Origin: Dimorphilus gyrociliatus
Taxonomy: Eukaryota; Animalia; Annelida
Direction of reading: 5' to 3'
Assembly: GCA_904063045.1 (NCBI GenBank)
Contig: CAJFCJ010000125.1
Location: 1-43,416 of the forward strand
Length of the DNA stretch: 43,416 nt
In this document: positions 1-10,425 of the stretch, piece by piece
Layout: the number at the start of each line of letters is the position of its first letter
How positions within the stretch are numbered: the first letter of the stretch is position 1
Translations under genes and position numbers: made by a program
Notes under the pieces: generated by a model
The model's database searches: none
The model's input: the letters and a program-made list of their open reading frames with translations, nothing else
What the model was told of the DNA's origin: nothing

Positions 1-1
1 A

Positions 2-723
2 ATGGACCTAAACAAAACCAAGCTCCTAGAAGAAAAAAAACAGGAAGAAAGACACCCTACTCCAGAGCTCCAGACAAACCAGATGGGTACAAGTCACAAA
101 GAGCAGACTGCACCTGATGCAAATGGTTTTAAAGGTTCTCTAAGTGACAAGGAAAAAGCCCTGACTAGAGCTATGAGTAAAACTTACAGTTCTATTCACC
201 AGATTGAGAGACTTAAGGAATATAACCCTTGGACCAAAAAGGCCATGGATATGATGGACTCAATTAGAATCACAGGAGGTCCATTACTGGGGAAAGACTC
301 AACCAACTACATGAAATAGCCAATACTTGTGCTAGAGAAACAAATAGAGTGGTGCTGGAGGAGCTCAATGAGAGGCTCTCTAAAATGAGGGACAAGATAA
401 AAAATGATCAGCAAAATTACAATCAATCAGAGGTTAAGAAAGCTATTGAAGTAGCCAAAACCAGATCGATACAAAAATATGGCAAAAAGATTAATTGGGC
501 CAACTTAAAGAAAGTGTATACTTGGTTACAAAAATCTAAAAGCTCCTTAGATGACTCTTTCAATAGAGAGCTCCATGAAAATTTCCTACCATACAGAGAT
601 CCAAGAAACCAGCAGACAAAACGCACGACAAAGAACTTACAAGAATCTAAGGATGAAATCTCAGAACTAAGAAAGGAATTGGCAATCATGACTGTCTTAT
701 TAAAGGAATTACAGAGAAAATGA
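2..723 (+). pseudogene. Coiled-coil N-terminal/ORF1-like region of the PLE (two ORF pieces in different frames)
   Basis: ORFs 2..319 and 349..723 are K/E/L-rich, lie on the same strand and share the A-rich composition of the RT ORF directly downstream. Assignment to the PLE is inference. Confidence 0.5.
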
Positions 724-828
724 GTGCTGATGAGGAGACTATGGACCAGGGAAACTCCTAACTCTTCAAGCACAACAGCATAAAATTTATGTTTTTAAAC
801 ATGTTTTTATCAATAAAACAGAACCAAG

Positions 829-2956
829 TATGGTTTTTAACCTATGTAGGAATCTAACATCAAGAGTTTTGCCTGAACACTATGGACAAGGTCTGGGCTT
901 TGCTGGACTTGGGCCCCAAATAAATTTATAAACTTGCACTTCACAGGGTCTTGGATTATACATTAAATGGCTAAAGATCATTGAGAAAAATGGTACACCA
1001 AGATTTCGAAATAATCACTAAAGAAAAACTTCTTGACATACAAGCACGCATCTCTACTGAACTAATGAGGGAGTTAAATTACATGCCCTCTAGTCATATT
1101 CCAGAAATTAACCATATCACAGACAGGATATATGACATTATAAAGGGCTCTGAAAAAATTAATAGAGCCCAGAAGGGTTTTGAAAATCAAGGCCTAATGA
1201 AAAACTTCCTCAACAATCATCCTAACATTATCATTAAACCAGCTGATAAAGGAAGAAGGATTGTCTTAATGGACAAAGAGGACTATGTCTTTGAAGCCAT
1301 GACACAGCTCTGTGACAGAACAACCTACAAACAGGTCAGCAATAAAATAAGCTCTACCCAATGGACCCGGTTAAATGAAATCTTAATGAATTGGTTACAA
1401 TGAAAATTATTACCAATCTACAGCAACTCTGATGGCTCCACAGAATAGCCCAGGAGATAGAAAGTTTTACCTCCTACCTAAAATTCATAAACACAGCTCC
1501 AATGGAGAGTACCATATAGGATCCCAAGGGGAGACAGTGGTGAGCTATGTAGGCTCTGATCTATATAAATATCTAAATTTGTTGATCACTATCTGGTCAA
1601 AATGGCAAAAAGTACTAGCTATGTTAAAAACACCCAACATTGCATTGGCAAACTATCTATGATACATAATTGGCAAAAGAGGGATCTTCACAGCAGATGT
1701 AGAAGCTCTATACCCAAGCATTAACCCTCAATGGGGCATAAAAGCTGTTAAAGAGTTCATGTTAACCCACTACCATGAAGGTAGACCTGATGAACTAATC
1801 TTGGAATCCTTTGGATTTGTCTCAACAACAATGATTTCACCTTTGGAACCACAGGTTCCTGCAAATAAAGGGCACAGCTATGGGAGCTCCATTTAGTCTG
1901 CATATGCAAACATAGTGTTACACACCTGGGAACATGAATTGGTCACAGATTTTACAGAGGACATTGAGTACTATGGCAGGTACATTGATGATATCATTTT
2001 GGTCACTAAACCAGACAGGGACATCATGGAGTTCAAGACAAGACTAAACAACAGAAATCCAGATATCAAGCTCACTTGGTCCCAGAACCTAAATCAAGTA
2101 CTTTTCTGGACTTGGACCTACATATACTAGGGAATCTCTTTCCTGGGAAACCCATTTTAAGGCTACTGACTCCAGAATACTGCTACACACCAAATCCAAT
2201 CATCCACCACACACATTCAGAGGTATCCTAATGAGCCAGCTAACTAGATATATGAGAAACTGCAAAGATCCCAAAATGGCTATCTCACAGTTCAAAGATC
2301 TCATTAGAATCAATAAAGTCAATGGCTACACCTGGAGAATGGGGAGGGACACCATCAAAAAATTCAACACCAGAGCTGAAGAAAAAAAGGCACTGAGGTA
2401 TAAAGTCAATAAATGTTGTAACACTAGATGTGATACTTGCCTCAGACTGGACTCCAGAGATGAGGTATTTGACCTATACCAGGTCAACTCTTGGAGCTTA
2501 ACCCAAAGCATTAACTGTAACACCAAGGGTTGTGTCTATATCCTACAATGCTCTATGTGTGGGTTAGCATATGTGGGTATGACTACAGATACTATCAAGT
2601 GTAGATGGGGTACCCATAATTTGGGCTTCAAAAACAAGATAGATAGACCACTATATAACCATATGGCAACACATGATATCAAGAAGTTCAAGATCTACAT
2701 AGCTGCTGTAGCTCCTAAGGAACTCACAGAGAGCTCAGTAATAGTTTGGTTAATGAGAAAAGAAACTGAAATCATCAACCATTTGGATACACTGTTCCCA
2801 CATGGTCTTAATAAACATGAAGGTTTTACCACCAGGGAAATGGTACCACTCCTCATACCACAACACAATGGAGCCCAACTAATAGCTGAGAAAGTCAAGA
2901 GAACAATCCACCAGCTAGCCCTAACAGCTCTCACTTCCAAATGTATAAGTCAATAA
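829..2956 (+). pseudogene. PLE reverse transcriptase - GIY-YIG endonuclease polyprotein, multiple frameshifts/stops
   Basis: RT motifs are spread over ORFs 981..1403, 1432..1662, ~1690-1900 and 1915..2130. The GIY-YIG domain with its Zn-finger-like linker is in 2231..2956. Confidence 0.92.
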
Positions 2957-3158
2957 CTGCCTTTAGGATTCCAACTACTACCAGACACTGGCTTATCAAT
3001 AAGAAGGTTGATGAGATGATGGAAAAACACATAGAAAAAATTCTACTCCAGAAAAGCCAAAGTGAACTCCAAGAACTGTAATGAATTTCAGCAGCTACAA
3101 CAAGCTCTACAAGCTACAATGAACTCCAAAAGCTACAGTTAGCTACAATAAGGTCCAA

Positions 3159-3319
3159 GAGCTCCAAGGAGCTACAGTAGCTCAGTTGAGCTCCAATACC
3201 ACAGGAGACCTTGAAGAGCTCAGTAGAGCTCCAAGAACTCAGTAGAGCTCCAAGAGCTCTAAGAGCTCAGTAGAGCTCCAAGAACTCAATAGAGCTCCAA
3301 GAGCTCAAGTGAGCTTCAA
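3159..3319 (+). repeat. GAGCTC-based tandem repeat (alternating 10/9-bp units such as GAGCTCAGTA/GAGCTCCAA)
   Basis: Directly visible, e.g. gagctcagta gagctccaa gaactcagta gagctccaa gagctctaa gagctcagta gagctccaa. Confidence 0.85.
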
Positions 3320-3348
3320 CAGTTCTTACAACTTAGTCAGACAAAGAA

Positions 3349-3540
3349 ATGGTCCCTACCAAGGAACAGACTGAGGAGGAAGAAGATGATGACAACTATG
3401 ATGATATGGAAGATGGTGAGTATCAATATGAAAGCACTCCAAAAGAGAATAGCAATATTGGAATACAACAAAGACTCCTAATCAAAAGATCAGGTGATGA
3501 ATTTGAAGTAGTACCTTCAAAGAAACAAAGAAAAATGTAG
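3349..3540 (+). CDS. Small acidic ORF ending in a basic NLS-like motif (PSKKQRK), inside the PLE 3' region
   Basis: 63-aa ATG ORF with EEEEDDDNYDD. No homology recognised; may be the tail of a longer decayed ORF. Confidence 0.3.
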   Translation: MVPTKEQTEEEEDDDNYDDMEDGEYQYESTPKENSNIGIQQRLLIKRSGDEFEVVPSKKQRKM

Positions 3541-3612
3541 TTAGGTGGCGCTAGTGCAAGGGCAGCCATCTTGTTTTCATGTTTTATATATAAATTTTTT
3601 TTGTGGTGATGG

Positions 3613-3619
3613 TATAAAT
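3613..3619 (+). promoter_or_regulatory. TATA-like box of the putative PLE pLTR
   Basis: TATAAAT about 25-30 nt upstream of the hammerhead motif, consistent with pLTR promoter architecture. The AT-rich background lowers confidence. Confidence 0.4.
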
Positions 3620-3643
3620 ACTTATGTTTGTGTTCAGTTTAAC

Positions 3644-3688
3644 TTACAACCTGATGAAGCCTCAAGTAGAGGCGAAATATTGTTGTAA
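3644..3688 (+). ncRNA. Minimal type I hammerhead ribozyme (PLE-associated)
   Basis: Stem I TTACAAC (3644-50)/GTTGTAA (3682-88); core CTGATGA (3651-57) plus an extra A; stem II GCCTC-AAGTA-GAGGC; GAAA (3674-77); then TA-TT, a vestigial palindromic stem III (ATAT) with predicted cleavage after 3681. Confidence 0.85.
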
Positions 3689-3997
3689 TATGTTTTAAAG
3701 TTTAAAATAAAAAGTTGATGAAAAAGAAAAAATTTAATTGTTATTGAATAAGACTAAGAGTTTGACAGAGCACTGAAGCACCAAGGAGCTCATACATAGA
3801 GAACTCCTACCTATTGGAAAATTGGTAGAACCCTGGAACACCAACTAACCAGTTCCCAAAACCTGACTAAGACTGGGAGCCCAGATCTATAATCCTGACC
3901 AAGGAGAACCCCTACCTAACATTGAGTAAAAGTTAGGTATTACACTGGAACACTAGCTAACCAGTTCCCAAAAACATTACCAGAGTTGTGTGAGTGG

Positions 3998-4043
3998 CCT
4001 AACCCATAACCCTTACCAAACCCTAACCTAACCCTAACCCTAA
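3998..4043 (+). repeat. Degenerate telomere-like (CCCTAA)n tract
   Basis: cctaacccataacccttaccaaaccctaacctaaccctaaccctaa. Confidence 0.85.
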
Positions 4044-5800
4044 TCTCAAATCTTTTTACAGAATTCAGTTATCTCTTACTGTTCCAGAGTTATGGCGCCT
4101 TCAAAATTTGTTTATTATTTCTTACATATAAGCAGCCAATAGAAAATATTTGTCAGGGATGAATTAAATCTCTTAGGAATTAACATACATCTTTGTTATT
4201 CTGTACATAGAATAATATTACTACCCTGTTCATAAATCTTTTTACAGAATTCAAGTATCTCTTATAGTTTGAGAGCTACATTTACTTAATATTTAATGCA
4301 TATTCCTTATATAATTCATTATAATAATTAATGTTTTTTAAATGACAAATACTTAATTAATGTACTGAATGTCTTTCTAATTGTACATATTTTTTTCTGA
4401 CAATAATTATGGTTCAAATTTGATCAAAATCGGCCCAGTAGTTGCTGAGATATGCATTCTTTTGAATGTTGTACTTTAACACTGTTACAGGCTAATATAG
4501 ATAAAAAAATATTTGTCATAAAAAAATTAAATTTGTTAATTTTTAAGCTAGAGCTTTCAAATTTGGTACATAAGCTAATATTCTTAAGCCAATCTCAAAT
4601 CTTTTCACAGAATTCAATTATCTCTTATGGTTTCCTAGCTAGGTTACCTTGAAGTTTAGTAGCATCTTCCTTATATAATTCATTATATAAATTTTTTTTT
4701 TTAAATGGAAAATATTGTGTTTGTGTAACTAATATATTTCTAATTATCCATGTCTTCTTCTGCCAATAATTTTACTTCAAATTTCGTCAAAATCTGCCAG
4801 GTAGTTGCTGAGATATGGATCTTTTTTAATGTTATGTTTAAACTCAGTTGTATGACATAAAAATAAAACATTTGCCAAAAAAAACTAGATTTGTTATCAA
4901 TTATGATAGAGCTTTGAAATTTTGTACATATACTAATATAGGTATTCTAATCTCAAATCTTTTTACAGAATTTTGTTATCTCTTATAGTTTTTGAGCTAC
5001 GTTGCCTTGAAGTTTAGTGCATCTCTTTTATGTAATTCATTAAATAATTTATTTTTTTATATAAGTTACTTTTGAACAGTACATTAAATGTCAGCCTATA
5101 ATCATATTTTCGTCACAAAATTTTTATTCTGTTATTAATTAAGTTAAAGCTTTCAAAAACTGTACATAGATTGATATTATTACGCCTATATCAAATCTTT
5201 TTACAGAACTCAATTATCTTTTATGGTTCAAAAGATATGGCGCTGTCACGTTTTATTCATTATTCTTTATTTGTGAGCTGTATGAAATATTCGTCAGGGT
5301 TAAACTAACTCTGTTATTAATAATCATAAAGCTTTCAAAGTTGGTACATAGATTAATATTAGTGGGCCTATTATAAATCTTTTTACAGAATCCAAATATC
5401 TCTTTTAGCTCAAAAGTTATGGCAACTTTATATTTTAATTGATACTTTGTATATAGACCTACAAAAAACATTTGTCGTCTGAAATCTAACTTTGTTATTA
5501 CTTAACTTAGAGCTTTGAAACTTGGTATATTGACTATTTTTGGTTTGCCAATCTCAAATCTGCTTACAGAATCCAAATATCAGTTACTATTAGAAGTTAA
5601 GGTGTTTTACAGTTTGCTATTATAAGGAAATTAGAAACAATTCCAACAGAGTGTTTATGTAGAAAAATTTTCTACCTACCAGAATGGAAAGTACATTTAA
5701 AATAGCCAAACTGCAGTTTATTGACTAATTGTTGTTAATTAAGATAGAGATTTGAAATTCAGTACATACATTAATACTATAATGCTGATATCAAGTTACA
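4043..5800. repeat. Degenerate tandem array, ~182-bp period with ~360-bp dimeric units
   Basis: The motif AAATCTTTTTACAGAA recurs at ~4048, 4234, 4597, 4955, 5193, 5375 and 5556; from 4234 on, each copy is preceded by (A)GCTTT(C/G)AAA...TGTACATA-like sequence. An alternate block, CAAATTT..TCAAAAT..GCC..GTAGTTGCTGAGATAT, occurs at ~4415 and ~4778. Confidence 0.8.
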
Positions 5801-5959
5801 ACAAACTCTTATCTCTCTTTAACATGTTTGTAGAACTTTCTCACACTCAGATGTAATTTGATTATCAGTGATTTTAAAGTTTACTAACTAACTTCATGTC
5901 TCCACATTGGTGTTATATAATTTTATCTAGGCCAGATTAGCTTATGGCATGTTCCCACA

Positions 5960-6300
5960 GGATTTTCCATGTGTCTTATATATATTATAAATGTTTTTTT
6001 CACAGAAATCATTTATAGTTTGAAGATTAAGGAGTCAACATCACCTTAAAAATAGCTGGTCTTATGAACAACTTCTACAATTCCTTTCAAAATATACATC
6101 CTTCAATGATATAATGGTATGTAGATATGTCATTGAACAGGAAAGTGTGTTATATATATTTTGAATGTTTTATTCACATGGTTCATATTTAGTTTGAAGA
6201 ATAAGGAGTCAAAATCACATTTAAAATACCCAGTTAAATGAACATCCCCTACAATTGCTGATGATTTTAAAATGGTATGTACAAATTCTGATATACAGTA
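5960..6300. repeat. Diverged ~175-bp tandem duplication
   Basis: gtgt.ttatatatatt...tagtttgaaga.taaggagtcaa.atcac occurs twice (~5971-6060 and ~6146-6235). Confidence 0.6.
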
Positions 6301-6608
6301 TCATAATACATAGCACTTTCAATATGATATATATTAAAAAAAACCTGGCGATTGTATTTCTCTCAAAGGTTTTTGAATAAGTAGTACACAGGTATAAAAT
6401 AGTAACAGATTAATTTTTGTTTACAGCCTTCAGAAGCATATTACACAGTATTGAGTTATTGAAGTCTTAAACTGGTTTTTTTGCTATTCATTTTATCATA
6501 AACTCCATATTGTCAAAAAAATATAAAAGATATATATATGTATATATATCAACTAGAATATTTTATACTTTCACACATTTCAAATCTTTTACAAGCTACT
6601 TCCAAATC

Positions 6609-6914
6609 ATGAAATATCTTTTGGGCATTTGTCTTGTTATTATGCTGGCACATTGTGCAATTTCTGCACCATTTCAAAGTGAATTGATGGAGTTATTGGA
6701 TGGAAGAGATGAAGGATTGATGGAAACTCTTCTTATGAGAGAATTATTGGAGAAGGTATTATATATAGAAAATTTATTCCATAAGCTTTATTTGTACTTT
6801 TCCTTTCAGCGATATACTAGCAGAAATTCTTGCCTACATTGCAAACGACAATTTTTTGAGAATTGTAATTCAAGAAGATCATATTGTCTTGCAACCTATA
6901 ATATATCTTTCTAA
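6609..6914 (+). CDS. Secreted prepropeptide, 83 aa: signal peptide, acidic propeptide, KR site, 4-Cys mature peptide. Exons 6609-6755 and 6810-6914
   Basis: MKYLLGICLVIMLAHCAISA signal peptide. A 54-nt GT..polypyrimidine-AG intron (6756-6809); splicing joins ...ELLEK|RYTSRNSCLHCKRQFFENCNSRRSYCLATYNISF. Confidence 0.72.
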   Translation: MKYLLGICLVIMLAHCAISAPFQSELMELLDGRDEGLMETLLMRELLEKVLYIENLFHKLYLYFSFQRYTSRNSCLHCKRQFFENCNSRRSYCLATYNISF

Positions 6915-7509
6915 TATCAGAAAGAAGGGGAGAAAAGCTTATGTAAAATTAACAAAAGCTCCACACATTAAGGAAAAACACTAGAATGCATAATTTTTTG
7001 AGAGTAGAATGTTTTTATTACATCTGATATTTTTTCTCTTTAATACATATTTTACAAGATTTATGATTACTTGTATTGTACTTTGTTGTATTGTGATTGT
7101 AGGAATTTTGTTCTCATCCCAAACATATTTGTCCATACCCCTCATTTAATATTACACCAAAGCACTTGTCCAAATAGAACCTCAACAAATGAATGATATT
7201 TGTCCAAAGTTTTATATCAAACTTTCAACAAAAAGCCAGTGTTTTCCAAATAAGATATGTATTGAATATTCTGAGCTTTTATCTCTATCTGTACCCAGCT
7301 CACAATGCTATTGTTAAGTATTCATATTAAATAGTATTGAATTAAGTCTATGGTTTTCTAAAAGAGCATCTATATTGAACTGAAGTATCACAATTTATTT
7401 TTAAACATTCATTTTTTCACTCACACAGTACTGTCACATATTTTCCCTTTTATACCTCTCACAGTTACCCTTGTCATTTAAGTGTGGGCCTGATTCTACT
7501 CGTCTTCAA

Positions 7510-7790
7510 TATTACTAAAAAGATTGAGGGAAACCTCAATTGTAATTCAGACCACATGTTTTTCATTGCTGATTGTAAAAAGTGTAATTGGGCTATGGCT
7601 AGCTTCACCATATCTCCACTACATAGAATGTCTGGCTCTTTTGCAAATACCAACACTCTGAATCTATTAGAATGTTGGCCATCCCCATGGTGGCATATTA
7701 AAACAGTCTTGTGGAGAATTTGTAAGTGGTTTTGTTGGAGATACAGTTACAGCTTAGGCTGGGGAATTGCTACTCAAGATAGCAACTCCT
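7510..7790 (+). pseudogene. Remnant of a second PLE GIY-YIG domain
   Basis: GNLNCNSDHMFFIADCKKCN...FTISPLHRM parallels SINCNTKGCVYILQCSMCG...MTTDTIKCRW of the first PLE. A further frame gives IPMVAY*NSLVENL*VVLLE, like the PVA.HF..L.V.ILE segment. Confidence 0.45.
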
Positions 7791-7876
7791 CAATAGCTAC
7801 ACCAACCCTTAGCCAAAGCTTGGTTATAAGTGTGTGTGCACTTTTGGGATTACCAGTCTGTACTGATTGTGCTAAT

Positions 7877-7913
7877 CCCTAACCCCAAGACCTAACCTAA
7901 CCTAACCCTACCC
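7877..7913 (+). repeat. Telomere-like tract (CCCTAA/CCTAA) with CCCCAAGAC core
   Basis: ccctaaccccaagacctaacctaacctaaccctaccc. The same aaccccaagac-taacc core recurs at ~19069. Confidence 0.8.
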
Positions 7914-7914
7914 G

Positions 7915-8330
7915 GATTAAAGGCTAATGGGATTATCAATATTGTCAGGCAAAAGATTATTACTGAGGGAATAATGATAACGATGTATTTTTGAAAAATT
8001 GATTCGTCAAATGGTCTAACAATGGCTTGGTGTCTCTCCAACGTAACGAGTAGGGTACAAATAGATGATAATATCCGTGAAAATGTCATTAGTGCACCTA
8101 ATATTTGGCAAATTGTGCCATTTTTCCAAATATTGTCGTTTTCCAGATAGGAATTTGAAAAGTACATATCCGCAATACCAACAAAAAGAATATAGAGAGA
8201 TGTAACAAAATCACCAAATTCCAAAAAGCCAAAAGATAAGTCTTATCAAATCTGAACTTAATAATCTATCGCAACTGAAAAACATTTGTACAGACGGTAA
8301 ACAGTCGACATGCTTGCCAATATTCTTCAA
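7915..8330 (-). pseudogene. GRL101/LGR (relaxin-receptor-type) GPCR fragment with internal deletion
   Basis: Hinge/TM1 start CLPSVQMFFSCDRLLSSDLIRLIFWLFG is joined out of frame to TM2-TM4 (GDFVTSLYILFVGIAD...W..GTICQILGAL...VTLERHQAIVRPF), then truncated at the telomere-like tract. Confidence 0.8.
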
Positions 8331-8654
8331 TACTGGACAGCAAAACTGGAATTTATCACCGAAAATCCTTTTAATCTTTACTAAACCTAATAGACTATTC
8401 TTTAATTGTAATAATACAACGTAAGATTCCTTTAAATTTGAAACTATTTGAAATTCAATTTGTGGAAAATTTGTGAATATTTATGTATTAAATCAATCTT
8501 TCATAAGTAATGTCTTTTGACATTGTAATAGTAATGTCAGTTTAAAATTTATGAAATAAAAGTATCAAGTTAATAGAGAATTAAAGAAAACACTGATTTC
8601 TTCTGTTTGTTTAAGCCAAATTTTTAAATGTGAATTATTCAATTGACTTGAATA

Positions 8655-10133
8655 TTAGTTAATATCTTTGAACATATAGTTGGTCATCTTCATAGGTTTT
8701 AAAATTTCATTTGTGTCAAGTAACCAGCAAGCTTGACCATTTCTTTTTACAACATTTCCTTTTAACAAATTTTTGTCCACTTGAACAGCTACTATTTCAC
8801 TTGTCAAAATATTCTGGTCTACTTGAACTGGTGAGAAGAATTGAAATTCTTTCTTGCCAATATCTCCAATCAATCCACCCATTTCAATATAATTTTTAGG
8901 CAAAAGTCCAAAACCTACATCAAGATGCATTTCCCCTAAAAAGTGTTTTGATTTTTCAACAGCAATTTGAAATGATGACTTTAATTCAGTACATAAAAAC
9001 TTTTTGTCATTTACAATTTCACATTTCAACTCATTTGTCTGAAAAGTCATTTCCTTTATATTTTCATTCCACTCAATATTATGTTTATGACCAAAAAGAA
9101 TATCATCTAATGCTACTGTGACATTGGCAGATGGAGATTGAATGACAATTTGATGCATATAATAATCATCTTTCAGTTGGCCAAAAACCTTTATTCCACT
9201 ATTAGAAAATGATGCAATATATATATAATCTCCCATTTTCCCAGTTACATCATAACATATTTGTTTAGTAGACATAGTTGATTGGTCAACAACATTTTGA
9301 GCAAAATGTGGATCTCCTGTTGCAGATGCAAATGGTGAAGGAGCAGTTGCAGAGAAGTAAACTGGAATTCTGCTTGTAAATGATTTTCCACCATCTGAGC
9401 ATACTGAAGAAAGTAAAAGGGAGCTTTGGGAACCAGTTTTAGTAACTACAATTGTCATTGGATCTTGCTGAAATGAAACTGGTCCAAGATTGTCTACTGT
9501 GGCTACATTAGCATCTGGTGCAGTTATGCTGAAATAGAGAATAACAGAAAAATAAATGATGATAAACTGAAATTTATTATGAAACATTACCTGCAAGTAG
9601 GACCACCAGTACCACCCTCAATGGAAACTGTAACTGGTGAACTTTGTTGAGTTGATATTTCTATCTTAATACCAAATGTTGCTGGTAAACTAGACCCACC
9701 AAAATCTAACAAAGCATTATAAATACTTAATAGATATTGACTAAAACATTCCATTGCATACCTTCAATTGAATGAACATATGATTCCATCTGAAAGTTAA
9801 TGGTGTCACCTTGAAATGAGCAGTCAAAATTATAAGTCGCTAAAAAATCAGCAGTGATCTGTGTAAAAAGAGAACTGGCCAATGTAAAAGATTTAAAGCC
9901 ATCTATCACTAGTGAGCCTGTAGTTATTTCACTTCCATCTGGTTTATTAAGTGTAAAGCTGGAGAACAAAATTGAATTTTTAAAATTTGTCATTTAACAA
10001 TAATAAAAAAATAGAAACCTGCATGTAGGACTTCCAGTACCTTTAGTAAAATACATATAATCTTCCGAACCTTCTATCATCTGAGCAGGAACCTGAACTT
10101 TCAAGTCAAAGTTGTTTGCATGAGTTCCATAAA
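8655..10133 (-). CDS. 3' part of a gene with repeated beta-rich modules and an ITIH C-terminal-like domain; 5' exons not found
   Basis: Exons 10133-10019, 9958-9762, 9705-9591 and 9528-8655 are joined by 60, 56 and 62-nt GT-AG introns with consistent phases and an open frame. ATGDPHF..ICYDVTG..G...GIKVFGQL matches the ITI heavy-chain C-terminal motif pattern. Confidence 0.75.
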
Positions 10134-10179
10134 CTGTTAATTAAAAAAGGCAATATATAAGTTTGATTATATATTAGTT

Positions 10180-10415
10180 TTGTACACATTTAGGCAGTTT
10201 GTAGGTACTAAACACATAAGCTCGTAACCAGGCTCACAAACTCACACAATACACCCAAATTGTTACATTTCATTCATCAATGGAAAGCAATATTGAAAGA
10301 GTATTATAGAGTACTTTACATACCTAAAACTACAACATACACTATTTAAACTAAGTTGTAAAAGTATTTTACAACTTAGATGTTAACCCTAATTATTATA
10401 CACATCATATTTAAT
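10180..10415 (+). repeat. Left arm of a >=236-bp inverted repeat (partner 15173-15408); runs into the assembly gap
   Basis: Reverse complement of 15173-15408 with about 5 mismatches by eye. Contains a 13-bp-stem hairpin CTAAGTTGTAAAA-GTA-TTTTACAACTTAG (10351-10379). Confidence 0.95.
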
Positions 10416-10425
10416 NNNNNNNNNN
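10416..10425. other. Assembly gap (10 N; true size unknown)
   Basis: Run of N. Confidence 1.

Larger units (their letters stand above)
1..3990 (+). mobile_element. Penelope-like retroelement (Neptune-like, RT + GIY-YIG), decayed, 5' end outside window
   Basis: PLE motifs in order: ALLDLGPK (~900), IIKPADKG, FYLLPKIHK, ADVEALYPSI (~1695), GTAMGAP (~1870), YGRYIDDI, Cys linker CCNTRCDTC, GIY-YIG CVYILQCSMCGLAYVGMT, TLFPHGLN. Followed by a TATA-like box, a hammerhead motif and AATAAA. The 3' boundary is approximate. Confidence 0.9.

Noticed and set aside
722-765. Second CTGATGA...GAAA near the PLE 5' region
   Set aside because: No G-C closing pair for stem II before GAAA and no convincing stem I; not called a ribozyme.
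7484-7882. 132-aa ORF that looks membrane-like
   Set aside because: Better explained as drift across a decayed GIY-YIG remnant; no coherent TM family pattern.
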